Source: Thecamonas trahens ATCC 50062
Lineage: Eukaryota > Protista > Apusomonadida
Reading direction: 5' to 3'
Assembly: GCF_000142905.1 (NCBI RefSeq)
Contig: NW_013657647.1
Location: forward strand, 303,828 to 367,827
DNA: 64,000 nt
Below are positions 34,501 through 44,311 of the stretch, in pieces. The notes beneath the pieces were generated by a model. It was not told where the DNA came from, did no database searches, and was given only the letters and a program-made list of their open reading frames with translations. Numbering within the stretch: position 1 is the stretch's first letter; every line of letters begins with the position of its first letter. The position numbers were made by a program, and so were the translations under genes.

Positions 34501-37500
34501 GCAACCGCGGCCAACACGGCGCTTGCCACGGCGGCGACCGACGCGGCGGCGGCGGATCTCGGCGACGAGGCGGCCAAGGCTGGCAACGCGGCTGACGCTG
34601 CGGGCGCTAGCACGCCAATCGGCAAGCTGCTGGATGCGGCCAAGAACGTGGCCAAGTCGGGCGCAAACCTTGCGTCAGACGCCAAGTCGCACCCGGAGAA
34701 CGTGCCTGCTGACGTGGCGGCGCTGGAGAACGCCAACGGCGTGCTCGACGCGGCGGCCGAGGTCGCACGCGACGCACTCGCCGCCGGCGAAGTCGACGCG
34801 GCGGTTGTGGCCGAGGACCTTGCGGCCGTCCACGCGGCGTCGGACGCGCTTGCGGCTGCGGCCACGGCGCTGGCCAACGGCGCCACGGACGACCCGGCGC
34901 TCAACGAGGACGTGCTCCGCAAGGGCATTGCGCTTCAGGAGGCGGTGGACAAGCTCGTTGACGACGTGCGGCCGAAGAAGTCTGCGCTCGAGGAGCTCAA
35001 CGACAACGCTGACAACCTGCTCGCGGCGCTCGACAAGCTCGAGGGCTGCGTCGACCGCAAGGACGGTGCCGGCGCCGACCCGGCGACGAGCGCGGTGGTG
35101 GAGGCTGCCAAGGCGCTGGGCGTGAACCTCGACGATCTCGGGCTGACGGATGCGGCGGCGGCAGTGAACGACGGCTCTGCAGCGGTTCTCGCGTCGTCGC
35201 TCCCGTGGCAGGCCGACGTCAACGATGCGGCCAAGACCGATGCGGTCAAGGCGGCGATCGACCAGCTGCGCAAGGCGGCGAACGACGGGCGCCGCGCCGG
35301 GATGGGCGAGGCTGCCGGGCGCGACCTTGACAGCACTGGCGCACACGCCGACGAGCTCGCGGCCGATGCTGCGGGCGCGCTGCCCGCCGAGGAGTCGCGG
35401 CTGCTCGACGCCATCAAGGCGACGGCGGCGTCGGCCAAGACCTTGGTCAACGACGTGTCGGCGAACCCGGGGAGTGTCGACGCCGACGCGGCCGACCTCG
35501 ACTCGAAGGTCGACACGCTCGGCGGCGCAGTCGACGATGTGCTGGCCATCCTGGACAACCAGGGCGACAAGTCGCGGCTGCAGCAGTCGATGCCGGTGGT
35601 TCGCTCGGCGGCGGCTGGGCTCAACGAGGCGGCCAAGGCGTCTGCGGCAAACCCAGACGACGCCGAGGCGGCGAAGCAGACGGCGGCCATGGCCAAGGCG
35701 CTCAACGACGCGCTGGAGAACATGATCCGCGACGCGCGCGACCGCGCGCTGCACGCTGCCGACGCCGCCAACGCGCAGGCGCAGGACACGCTTGGTGCGC
35801 TCGGCCCGGCGGCGGACACGCTCAAGGACGGCGCGACGCCGGAGCAGATTGCGCTCCTCGACGCGACGGCTGCAGCGGCCGACCAGGCTGCAGGCCTGGT
35901 CGCCGACCACGCTGCGGGCGGTGCTGGCCTCGACGGAGCGGTCGCTGAGCTGGAGGCTGCCGCGGGCCCTGCGGCGGGTGCGGCTGATTCGGCTGCGGCG
36001 ACCGAGGTTCCGCGGGTGGTCGGCGGCGCCAAGGATGCGGCGACGAGCCTGGCGACGACGGCGGCGGCGGCCGAGGCGGCGCCAACGTCGGTGGCTGCAG
36101 CTGCAGCTGCGGCGGGCGCGGCGGGCGAGACTGCCGATGCGCTCCGCGACGTTCTGGGCGAGGTTGTGCGCCAGCAGCGTGCTGCGGCCGAGGCCGCGCT
36201 CCGCGACGAGGCTGCGGCATCGGGCGCTGCGGCGAGCTCGGTTTCGGAAGCGGACGCACCGCTGATGGAGGCCAACTCGGAGGTGGCGACCAAGGCTGCG
36301 GACCTGCTTGCGGAGATCACGTCGAACCCGAGTGGTGTGGAGGAGGCAGCCAAGGCTGTGTCCAAGGCGCTTGCGGCGTCAAACGCGGCCAACAACGAGC
36401 CGAACGACGCGGTCGACGACGCCGCGTCCGAGCTGTTGACGGCGGCCAAGAAGGTGGCTATGTCGCCGAACAACGTCGAAGCCGCAGCTGGAGTGGTCAA
36501 GTCGGGCAAGGCGCTGGCGGAGGCGCTGGCAGCGAGCCGCGAGTCCAAGCTTGCGGCCGCGGCTGCGGCGTCGGCTGCTGCGCTGGAGGACATCAAGAAG
36601 CGGCTGGACGACGCGGCGGCAGCGATCGGGACCGAGCCTGCGGGCGCGGTGGCCGCGGCTGGTGGCGCGGCGCTGGGCGGAGCCGGCGGCGACGGCGCGG
36701 TGGCCGCAGCTGCGGCTGCGCTTGGCGCGGACCTCCGGGCTTCTGGCGATAACCCGGCACTGGTCAACCTGCTTGGTGAGCTCGACTCTGCCGCGGGCGC
36801 GCTTGACAGTGCGAGCAACAACGCCGAGCGCGAGGAGGCCGGGTCGCGGCTTGCGGCTGCGATGGAGGGCCTCGCCGGGTGGAACACGCAGCGCGAGTCG
36901 GACGCGGCGCGTGACGCCCTCAACGCGGCGCTCTTTGACCTCGCTGGGTTTGACATCGACGGGCTTGGCGACCTGCTGGGCCTGGCCGGCGACCTCGGGC
37001 GTGCGCTCGGCGACCTGGTGGGCAACCTGCCCGGGATGAACCTCGCGGATGCGCAGGCCGGCGCTGATGGCATCGACGGCCTGGCCGGCGACCTCAAGGC
37101 CGAGTCGCGGGTGGTGCAGCTGGAGAAGATCAAGGACAAGGACCTCAAGAACATTGTGGCCGACGCGGTGCGGGCGATGGTCAAGGCGGCGTCAGCTGAG
37201 TCGTCGGCGGCGCGCGAGCAGGACGTACCGCAGTCTGCGGCGGCCGGGCATAAGATGGCCAAGGCCATGGCCAAGTTTGCCGAGGATCTCAAGGCGTGGC
37301 GCGAGGCCAACGCTGGCGGCGGCGAGGCCGACGCAGCTGGCGCCATCCAGGACATGGCAGCGAACCTCAAGTCGCACGCGCAGGAGTTTACCGGCGAGCA
37401 GGCGTCGGACCCGGCGGTGCTCGCAGGGCTCGAGCTGGCCGATCTCATGGCAAAGCTCGCCAAGGCTGCCAAGGAGGGCAAGGGCTCGGAGATCATTGCC

Positions 37501-37806
37501 GTGGCCAAGGCCATCTGCGTCCTCGCCAAGAAGATCGCCAAGGACGCCATCGGCATCGGCAAGACGTGCAAGGGCAACGCCCAGCGCGGCATTCAGGAGA
37601 TGGGCTCGACCATCTGTGGCGCCGCCACCGCTCTCGACACCTTCTCTACCCAGCTCAAGATCATCTCCATCTCCAAGGCTGCCATCGCCGCCTCAAACGA
37701 GGTGGATGACGCTGCCGAGTCGCAGCTCATTGCCGTGTGCATGGGCATCCAGCGCTCAGTCATGACCGCCATGGATGGTGTCGTCTCGGCCCGTCTTGTC
37801 AAGTAG
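31534..37806 (+). CDS. Giant vinculin/alpha-catenin family protein (2090 aa)
   Basis: N-terminus MEQVIESLAESISQL...ACKAIATGTCYLLIL resembles vinculin D1. C-terminus IIAVAKAI..KTC..STQLKIISISKA..SQLI matches the vinculin tail STQLKILS motif. Confidence 0.85.
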   Translation: MEQVIESLAESISQLTSYVLSLAEANAEPPPNLPENGSNVTKVANILVQVAHQTATAFKDYPDVQAEIDSEADKVGQFVTNLGDALNNIVVAADRAGAYKTLLGACKAIATGTCYLLILVYGARTKAILIKAQQAKSSLADYRTHVVKDAPSNELVTGVQDITNEMGYLAALVAAAAKEATDEDQKAMLAGHTQKIAGSRQNSINVANGWLQAPADEAAHAALKQDCDDLEALIDALIADLTPDSETDANAQLLAVFQGAQANQNERDRAAKANEAAARDLNATGNQGLAAGNRVSENEKPLMTAAGELGKSAAKLVNELKSNPDAFGPNAEDFKAKRDQFRDAGATAIAGEDDDANRAAIESGVGAVEAAGARLEAATAASNADPTSEAANTEVTEASKELQDALDALIRDAIKREEDAERQRREAAAAAEAAAAAARAEQEADAHAAIGPAAAAARDAANMQGANSAAADLLNAAAKLLADADQSVADAHHNPAAVPQDVATMEADTADFNDKGALAAAGATKVNPADGDALSAAVAAVAAAADAHNAAASAAAADPKSTDASNELTNATQSLTDAVDSLGAEMEKQRAAAAKRGLDAAASAAEAEASSEPEGSALKDFLDAGAALGNTAPSAIDAAQAGDASAAADAAAGVQNGVQAIVAAAKAAAADADSPEERRQVVAASATVSNAGSKLADATKAAGNTAPGTAEHTKALAAVNEAAEELAAGINELAAAGADKHYREARDALEHAAKRAQAAADDATQHHERSLLNGAATIASDSGSILDASHGESSPEAAAQLDADTKALNKEVVAFVNAGKAAASEVTDPDEAAKLKHNVKSVAKDAALVLKAQGAAVAAAATAANAPGTEGDAAALAAKNEVNQKMKDLAQAIEDMAADAEAKRQAEAIRRATKARTQGHGEELLGLREAIQAAGAAGDSANAADSSSKMREAIEELADISPDYQRKAALRDAAAKLGEAGASGDAAAMATAANTALATAATDAAAADLGDEAAKAGNAADAAGASTPIGKLLDAAKNVAKSGANLASDAKSHPENVPADVAALENANGVLDAAAEVARDALAAGEVDAAVVAEDLAAVHAASDALAAAATALANGATDDPALNEDVLRKGIALQEAVDKLVDDVRPKKSALEELNDNADNLLAALDKLEGCVDRKDGAGADPATSAVVEAAKALGVNLDDLGLTDAAAAVNDGSAAVLASSLPWQADVNDAAKTDAVKAAIDQLRKAANDGRRAGMGEAAGRDLDSTGAHADELAADAAGALPAEESRLLDAIKATAASAKTLVNDVSANPGSVDADAADLDSKVDTLGGAVDDVLAILDNQGDKSRLQQSMPVVRSAAAGLNEAAKASAANPDDAEAAKQTAAMAKALNDALENMIRDARDRALHAADAANAQAQDTLGALGPAADTLKDGATPEQIALLDATAAAADQAAGLVADHAAGGAGLDGAVAELEAAAGPAAGAADSAAATEVPRVVGGAKDAATSLATTAAAAEAAPTSVAAAAAAAGAAGETADALRDVLGEVVRQQRAAAEAALRDEAAASGAAASSVSEADAPLMEANSEVATKAADLLAEITSNPSGVEEAAKAVSKALAASNAANNEPNDAVDDAASELLTAAKKVAMSPNNVEAAAGVVKSGKALAEALAASRESKLAAAAAASAAALEDIKKRLDDAAAAIGTEPAGAVAAAGGAALGGAGGDGAVAAAAAALGADLRASGDNPALVNLLGELDSAAGALDSASNNAEREEAGSRLAAAMEGLAGWNTQRESDAARDALNAALFDLAGFDIDGLGDLLGLAGDLGRALGDLVGNLPGMNLADAQAGADGIDGLAGDLKAESRVVQLEKIKDKDLKNIVADAVRAMVKAASAESSAAREQDVPQSAAAGHKMAKAMAKFAEDLKAWREANAGGGEADAAGAIQDMAANLKSHAQEFTGEQASDPAVLAGLELADLMAKLAKAAKEGKGSEIIAVAKAICVLAKKIAKDAIGIGKTCKGNAQRGIQEMGSTICGAATALDTFSTQLKIISISKAAIAASNEVDDAAESQLIAVCMGIQRSVMTAMDGVVSARLVK

Positions 37807-37874
37807 ACGAGAAGCCAGGCACGATGCTGTTGTGTGAGATTAACACAAGTTTACAAACTCGTCGGCCACTGCGG

Positions 37875-40800
37875 TCACGAAGACGCCGATGATGACGAGG
37901 ACGATGACGAGGACGATGACGATGGCGATGACGACGAGGAGGAGGCGTCTGCGTATCGGTCGTGAGCGGTAAAGGTGACGCTGGTGTTGGCGCTGGTGTT
38001 GAGATAGTGGTCGGCGTAGTCGGCGGGCGGAGCGGCAAACATGGCCGATTGGGTCTTGGTACGCGAGAGGCCTGAGACGGAGAGGGTGAGGCTGCGGGTG
38101 AGGCCGGCGTCAAGGGCGCCGAGGCGTTCAGCAGCCTTGCGGGCGCGCCAGGCCCAGGCAATGCCAGCGATGCCCATGACTAGGCCTGCAATGACGCCGA
38201 GGGCGACGACGATGGAGCCGTTGCGGCGGGAACCGTGCTCGATGAGCATGATGACGCCGGCCGAGGCTGCAAAGATGGCAAAGTGGAGGCCGAGCTCGAG
38301 CAGGTTCCACACCTTTGCGCGGTACGGATGGCAGAAAGTGGCGCCGGTGAGCGAGATGGCGTAGACGATGAGAACGACGATGACCTGTGAGTAGGCAGAT
38401 CGCGAGGCAAACATGACGGCAACAACGACACAGGCCTTGCGGATGAGAACAAGGAACTCCCAGCCACGGGCGCCGAGACGGTAGGGCCTGACGAGCGAGG
38501 ACCAGATCGAGCCGGCGACGCCGACGCCGGAGCGGGTGAGATGGCGGACGCGCGAGGAGGCGTAGAGCGGAAAGATGATGCCGTAGGTGAGGGCGACGAT
38601 GGAGCCAACAACAGCGAGGGTCATCCATGCGTTGCCTTCGCTCCGGGACCAGCACTCGGTCCTAGGATCGGCGTCCATGATGGGCTTGGTCGACCCGTCG
38701 CCAGCCTTCATCCACGAGCAGTCAAAGGCCTCGAGCGATCGCGAGACAACCGGGATGTACAGGAGCGACCAGGCCTTGATGGCAAGGCGACCGATGGACT
38801 TGGCCTTGCACATGACCTTGAGGAGGAGTAGCCAGGCGAGGAGGACGATCGGAATGGCGAGGCAGAGGAGCCACTTGGTCTCGTAGGTGATGTCGGTGGC
38901 GCATTCGGGCGGCGTGGCGTCGACGTCAAAGTTGGCCGTCGCGGCAAAGGTGAGCATCTGGCGGGTTCCGCGCGAGAACTGGACGCCCTGCATGCGGCGA
39001 AAGAGACCGATGATCTGCAAGAATGACCAGAGCATGACCAAGCCCGTCCGCGGATCAGGCACAAATGCGCGGCGACGGGTGCGGCCGCTGGCGACGTCGC
39101 CGTCGATCGACTCGCTGCCCGAAGCCTGGTCATCGGACGCATGCTCCGAGCCGTGGCGGATGCGGGTCTTTTCGGAGTGCTCGATGTGGACCGAGATGGC
39201 GAGGACGATGTGTGCGATGAGGAAGATGGAGATGAGGACGATGAAGACGACAAAGACCGAGGCGATGGCGCCGGCTGAGGGGCAGGCCTTGCAGATGGAG
39301 TCGCTTGGGTAAAATGACGGGGCGCAGTCTCCGCATCCGTCGCCTTGGTAGCCCTGAGCACACGTCGAGTTGCCCGGGCAGATGTCAGGGGTCCGGCAGG
39401 CGATAAAGGCATTGGCGGTGGCAGGATCGGGCGCAAAACCCGGCAGCGAGACGCACGACGTGGCGCCGACGGCGTTGGTTGTCCCGCCGAACGGGCAGTT
39501 CAAGCAGGTGGGATCATCGATGATGCCATAGGTTCCGATGGTGCACGGCGAGCACTCGAGAGAGCCTGTTGCAGTGGTGCCGGTGGAGCCTGCGGGGCAG
39601 GTGATGCAGCGTCCGTCGGCGCCCGGCAGAGACATCCATCCACTGCCGCACACTGAGTGGATGACGAGGGTGTAAGCGTGAAAGTCCGAGTTGAACTCGA
39701 CAGTGAACGGGAGGATGACGGCTGATGACGAGCCTGGCGAGTCGGATGGTGCGTAGAGGGCCTCGGCCTCGGGCTGGAAGTTGGGGACGGTGTGGGCACC
39801 GATGGCGACGAGGGCGACGGGCGAGGCGCGAAGGGCTTCGGTGTCGATGAAGGCGCCAAAGCTATCGGTAGGTCTCGCGCGGAAGACAGCGTCAGAGATG
39901 GAGATATCGCTGGATTTGCAGGCAGCCGAGGAGGTGTCGATGGGGCAGAAGGTGTGGTCGAGGGTGTACGACGGATCGTTGTCGTAGAGAGCGAGGGTGA
40001 CGAGAGCAGCGGCGGCGTAGTCGATCGAGGCGGCAAGGAGAGTGACCTGGCCGGGCAACGACCGGGATGTCATCCAGTTTGGCACTGGGCTTGGGAGCTT
40101 GGTGGTGGGGTAGAAGCCAATGATGTGCCACTCGGTCTGCCCGTTGAGGTTGCGGGTGAGGATGAGGTCGATGACGCCGGCGTGGTCGGGATTGGCCGAG
40201 ACACCTACGACGGTGGCATCGGCGGCCGGGTAGTGGAACAGGTCTGTGACGAGGTAGTTTGCGTCGGACGAGCCATCGAGAGCAAAGGTGATGACGCGCG
40301 GAGCAGGCATCGATTGCGAGATGACGACGATACGATCGGCGGTGGCGTTGCCGACAAAGTGGATGGGCGCGCCGTCCTGCGGCCACCACAGGTTCCTGGT
40401 GCTACAGGCGGCGAGCGAGCGCGGGCACGAGACAAGAGTGAGGCCAGCAGCAGCATTGGGGTAGACGACGACGATGCGATCGCCGATGGGTGTGATGACC
40501 GGCTTGGCAGCAGGATCGGCGTGAAGCGCGTCGGGAACAACGACGGTGGCAGGCTTGGTGGCGGAGAGATCGATAAAGTTGGAGCAGACAATGCTCAGGC
40601 TAGATGGGCCAAACATGCGTGGAATAGCGAGCATGCACAGATCGACATTGTCGTTGAGCGATGTTTCAGAGCGGGCATCGGCCCAGATGGCTAGGCCCTC
40701 GTCTTGGCTTGGAACGAGGTCGGCGACGGGATTACAGACCCACACGGTCTCGAGGCTATCCGAGGGCACGCCTGGGTTGGCGCAAGTGCGATCATCGGGG

Positions 40801-41087
40801 CTGCTTGTGGTCTTGAGGACGCACACTTGATAGGTGCCGGATGCAGCGACGGCGAGGACCTGGCTCGAGTTGCGGGCGAGGGCGATGGCGGAGGGAACAT
40901 TGCCGCCGGGGAGCGGGTCGGCGCCGTCGTGGTTGATGAGCGCCTTGAGTGAGACACGGGTCGTCGTCTTGACTGGAGCAGAGGCCGGCGGCACAAAGTC
41001 CTGCAGCCAGCAAGCCTGCTGAGCCGTGGAGGAGGCGATGATGGTGGCGAGCGCGATGGCGACGGCCAGGGGGAGGAGCAGGTGCAT
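37875..41087 (-). CDS. Cell-surface multipass receptor-like protein: signal peptide, beta-rich ectodomain, Cys-rich (CPAG/ephrin-receptor-like) repeats, ~7-9 TM helices
   Basis: MHLLLPLAVAIAL signal; CITCPAGS, CSPCTIGTY, CAQGYQGDGCGDC; FLQI, PYR..WEF..LIRK and PYR..WNLLE motifs typical of protist 7TM-like families. Confidence 0.8.
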   Translation of the reverse strand: MHLLLPLAVAIALATIIASSTAQQACWLQDFVPPASAPVKTTTRVSLKALINHDGADPLPGGNVPSAIALARNSSQVLAVAASGTYQVCVLKTTSSPDDRTCANPGVPSDSLETVWVCNPVADLVPSQDEGLAIWADARSETSLNDNVDLCMLAIPRMFGPSSLSIVCSNFIDLSATKPATVVVPDALHADPAAKPVITPIGDRIVVVYPNAAAGLTLVSCPRSLAACSTRNLWWPQDGAPIHFVGNATADRIVVISQSMPAPRVITFALDGSSDANYLVTDLFHYPAADATVVGVSANPDHAGVIDLILTRNLNGQTEWHIIGFYPTTKLPSPVPNWMTSRSLPGQVTLLAASIDYAAAALVTLALYDNDPSYTLDHTFCPIDTSSAACKSSDISISDAVFRARPTDSFGAFIDTEALRASPVALVAIGAHTVPNFQPEAEALYAPSDSPGSSSAVILPFTVEFNSDFHAYTLVIHSVCGSGWMSLPGADGRCITCPAGSTGTTATGSLECSPCTIGTYGIIDDPTCLNCPFGGTTNAVGATSCVSLPGFAPDPATANAFIACRTPDICPGNSTCAQGYQGDGCGDCAPSFYPSDSICKACPSAGAIASVFVVFIVLISIFLIAHIVLAISVHIEHSEKTRIRHGSEHASDDQASGSESIDGDVASGRTRRRAFVPDPRTGLVMLWSFLQIIGLFRRMQGVQFSRGTRQMLTFAATANFDVDATPPECATDITYETKWLLCLAIPIVLLAWLLLLKVMCKAKSIGRLAIKAWSLLYIPVVSRSLEAFDCSWMKAGDGSTKPIMDADPRTECWSRSEGNAWMTLAVVGSIVALTYGIIFPLYASSRVRHLTRSGVGVAGSIWSSLVRPYRLGARGWEFLVLIRKACVVVAVMFASRSAYSQVIVVLIVYAISLTGATFCHPYRAKVWNLLELGLHFAIFAASAGVIMLIEHGSRRNGSIVVALGVIAGLVMGIAGIAWAWRARKAAERLGALDAGLTRSLTLSVSGLSRTKTQSAMFAAPPADYADHYLNTSANTSVTFTAHDRYADASSSSSSPSSSSSSSSSSSSASS

Positions 41088-41501
41088 GTTCTGCGGTTGC
41101 GTTTGACCGATACCGAACCTTTAATCAGATGCGGGAAAAATATGAGTGAGGTGATTGCGAATACGATCACGGGCGGAGGAGCGAGCGCTGGGGATAGGGG
41201 TGAGATGATGTGTGTTGTAAGTGTGTAGGTGAGTGAGTGAGTGAGTGTTGCGAGAGAGAGAGAGAGAGAGAGAGGAAGTGTGTGTGTGTGTGGTGCGGGT
41301 GGTGGGTGTGGGGGGTGGGTTGGCCGGTGTTGAAAATTTTTATTGATGTGTGCGGGTGGGGGGTGGCGGTTGGCGGTTGGACGAGTCGGGCGGAACGAGT
41401 TGGTAGGTGGCGAGGTGGAGGCCGAGGTGGGGGCCGAGGTGGGGGCGGGGCAGTTGGACGGTAGAGGTAACAGCTGACAACGTGAGCTTGGGCGGACGGG
41501 C

Positions 41502-42401
41502 ATGGGCTGCGGGCCGTCATCCGAGGGCCGTGTGGACGACGTTCAGCGAGAGAGCAAGCGCGGCGGAGGTCGGCAAGGAGGCGATGATGATGCTAGTCGG
41601 AGGGCAGCTAGCAGCGACGATGGCGGCAGTGATGCGGCGAGAGCCGAGGCAGAGGCGCGGCAGGCGGCGATGGATGCGGCGGCGCTGCGGGCACAAGTCC
41701 GGCGAGAGCGAGCGGATCAAGAGGCAGCGGAGAAGCGGGTAGCGGAGGAGGCAGAGGCAGCGTCGCAAGCGAGGCACAGGCGCAGGAAGGACGGCGGCAA
41801 GGACGACGAGCCGCTGTCGGACAACGTGCTGATCCGGAGGCGGCAGGTGGCGGCACGAGCGGCGGAGCGGCGGAAGCAAGCTGAAGAGGCCGAGCTGAAG
41901 GCCAAGTGCACGTTCAAGCCAAAGATCAACGCGACTTCGGCAGTGGTGGCGGCGGCAGCCAAGGACGGCGGCAGCGGCGGGAGTGGCGGGCAGTCGAAGG
42001 GATCGGTGTATGCGGCGCTGACGCCGGCGCCGGTCCCGGTGCGGTCGAAGAACCTGCAGCGGATGGCGGCCGACTACGCGACAGGCTCGCCGTTTGCCTT
42101 TACCGACTACGTCGAGGCGCGCGGCGCATATGCTACGGCCTTGATCGAGGCCGAGACCGCGACGGAGCAGGCCGAGGAGGTGCCGGCAGACCACTTTGTG
42201 GTTCCATCGCCGCGGACGACGCTCCCGCATCGCAAGCAGCAGCTTGACCGTGCCAAGAAGGCGGTGATGCTTGACTTTAAGGCGTGGTACGGCAGGCAAG
42301 AAGCAGCCGGTAAGCCTGTGGAGCCGTTTCCGGACAAGGCCTCGGCTTTTCGCATCATTGATCGGCTCGCGGCGTCGCGGCAGCGGGCGCGGCTGTATTG
42401 A
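41502..42401 (+). CDS. Hypothetical coiled-coil protein with a CTFKPKIN motif
   Basis: 299-aa ORF; CTF.P.IN motif recurs in protist microtubule/cilia-associated proteins. Confidence 0.6.
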   Translation: MGCGPSSEGRVDDVQRESKRGGGRQGGDDDASRRAASSDDGGSDAARAEAEARQAAMDAAALRAQVRRERADQEAAEKRVAEEAEAASQARHRRRKDGGKDDEPLSDNVLIRRRQVAARAAERRKQAEEAELKAKCTFKPKINATSAVVAAAAKDGGSGGSGGQSKGSVYAALTPAPVPVRSKNLQRMAADYATGSPFAFTDYVEARGAYATALIEAETATEQAEEVPADHFVVPSPRTTLPHRKQQLDRAKKAVMLDFKAWYGRQEAAGKPVEPFPDKASAFRIIDRLAASRQRARLY

Positions 42402-42591
42402 GTGGCAGGGGGGTGGAGGGAGGAGGAATGGGGGGGCCTGATCCGGAACCACTCGAGTGACCACCGCATCACCATCATGACGGACCGCGGTTCCAAGCCG
42501 TCCAAGGAGCTCAGACCATTGACCGATGGGTAAAGAACCAGATCCGAGCCATTGGCCATGTGTCCCTCGTGATGAGGGGTGTGATGGGATG

Positions 42592-42900
42592 GGGATGAGT
42601 CGGGATGGGGATGAGTCGGTATGGGTCATGATGAGTCGGTATGGGTCATGATGAGTCGGTATGGGTGATGACGGGGTGTGATGAGGTGTGATGGGTCACG
42701 ATGGGTGATGACGGGGTGTGATGAGGTGTGATGGGTCACGATGGGTGATGACGGGGTGTGATGAGGTGTGATGGGTCACGATGGGTGATGACGGGGTGTG
42801 ATGAGGTGTGATGGGTCACGATGGGTGATGACGGGGTGTGATGAGGTGTGATGGGTCACGATGGGTGATGACGGGGTGTGATGAGGTGTGATGGGTCAGT
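42592..42900. repeat. Minisatellite: 20-bp units followed by six 40-bp units ATGGGTGATGACGGGGTGTGATGAGGTGTGATGGGTCACG
   Basis: Near-perfect copies at 42661-42900. Confidence 0.95.
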
Positions 42901-43031
42901 ATGAGCCAGTATGTGTCGGGATGGGGACTGGGCGGGAGGACCAGCAGGGTCACATAGTGTTACCACTGTCTCCACTCCGCCTCTGCCTCTGCCTACGGAC
43001 ACCACTTGACTAACCACTTAAGCGAGTGACT

Positions 43032-44295
43032 ATGGTCTCCCTCAAGGTTATTGGCATTGCCCTTGGTGTTCTCACTGTTCTTGCTGGCATGCTTATTGAG
43101 ACGCAGGAGGTACGTGAGGGGAGAGGGAGGGGTGACGGGGGGGGAGTGGGGGGGGGGGGGACGAGGAGGGGGGGGGGGGCGACGAGGAGTGTGTGCGGGG
43201 AATTAGAGGGAGGGACTCATGGTGGGCGGAATGATGGTCATGTGACTGGTGGTGGCGGTGGTGATGGTGATGGTGGTGGTGGTGGTGGTGGTGGTGATGG
43301 GGATGATGCTGCTGCTGCGATGGTGCTGATGCTGTGATGGTGTGCTGTTGCTGTGATGGTGTGCTGATGCTGTGATGGTGATGCTGTTGCTGTGATGGTG
43401 ATGCTGGTGGTGGTCTGGTGATACTGCTGCTGCTGCTGCTGCTGCTTCCTCTATCTCTGCTGCTGCTGCTGCTGCTGCTACCTCACTGCTGCTGCTACTG
43501 CGATGATGCTGCTTCTCTGGTGATGATGGCTGACGTTCCTGGTCATCACAGCTCGACGGCTGCATGTTTGATCCGGACCACCTTCACGAGATCGTTCAGT
43601 CGGTCATCTCTGACTATCCGGACCCGGAGGATGTGCGCGGGCGGATTGATGCTGTTGTGGAGCGCGTGGACAAGGCGTACCCGGGGTACCTGCAGGGCAA
43701 GGACCGCGAGGAGTGGCTGCTCAACTTTGCCGGCAACGCTGTGGGCCAGATGTGGCCGCTGCGGATCACGCTCTCGTCGTACCTCATCATCTTTGGCACG
43801 CCGCACGGGCCCAAGGAGAACCCGGGCATTCCCGGCATGTCGACCAACGCGGCGTTCACCGGACGCTACCCGCTGGCCACCGACTTTTTCATGCCGCTCA
43901 CCGGGATCCAGCTCGGCTACGCGCCTGGCGACATGCGCGTCACCGTCCACAAGCCCGGTGACATGCACATTCTCAAGCCCGGCGACGCCGAGGTCTACGA
44001 GTTCCCGGGCTACATTGCCGGCGAGTCGACCGGCGGCGGCTTTGCCCTCGAGTACGCCTGCGGTGGCTCAGCACTCCGCGCCGGCGAGACCGCGCCGTCG
44101 GGCAAGTCGGCTGGCGTCCGCGGCGCGTGGAAGGGCACCAAGGCCACTCTCTGGTCTCTCTTTGCCATCCCCTCGATGCTGCCGTTTGGCCTCGTCCAGA
44201 TCGCCACCTCGACCCACGACTACTACACCGCGTGGCGGACTGTTTACGTGTCGGCGTGGTACATTGTGGAGAACCTGCTCCGCGGGCAGATCTAA
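43032..44295 (+). CDS. ERG2: ERG2/sigma-1 receptor family C-8 sterol isomerase, join(43032..43109,43552..44295)
   Basis: N-terminal TM exon; FDP..LHEI, EEWLLNFAGNAVGQM, YLIIFGT, GRY, ALEY, IPSMLPFG. GTACGT donor, CTGAC branch, CAG acceptor, phase 0. Confidence 0.88.
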
Positions 44296-44311
44296 CCAGC
44301 TAAACTATGCC

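Noticed and set aside
34935-37592. 885-aa antisense ORF, and similar ones at 51850..53577 and 57830..60367
   Set aside because: Shadow ORFs from GC-rich codon bias opposite recognisable genes.
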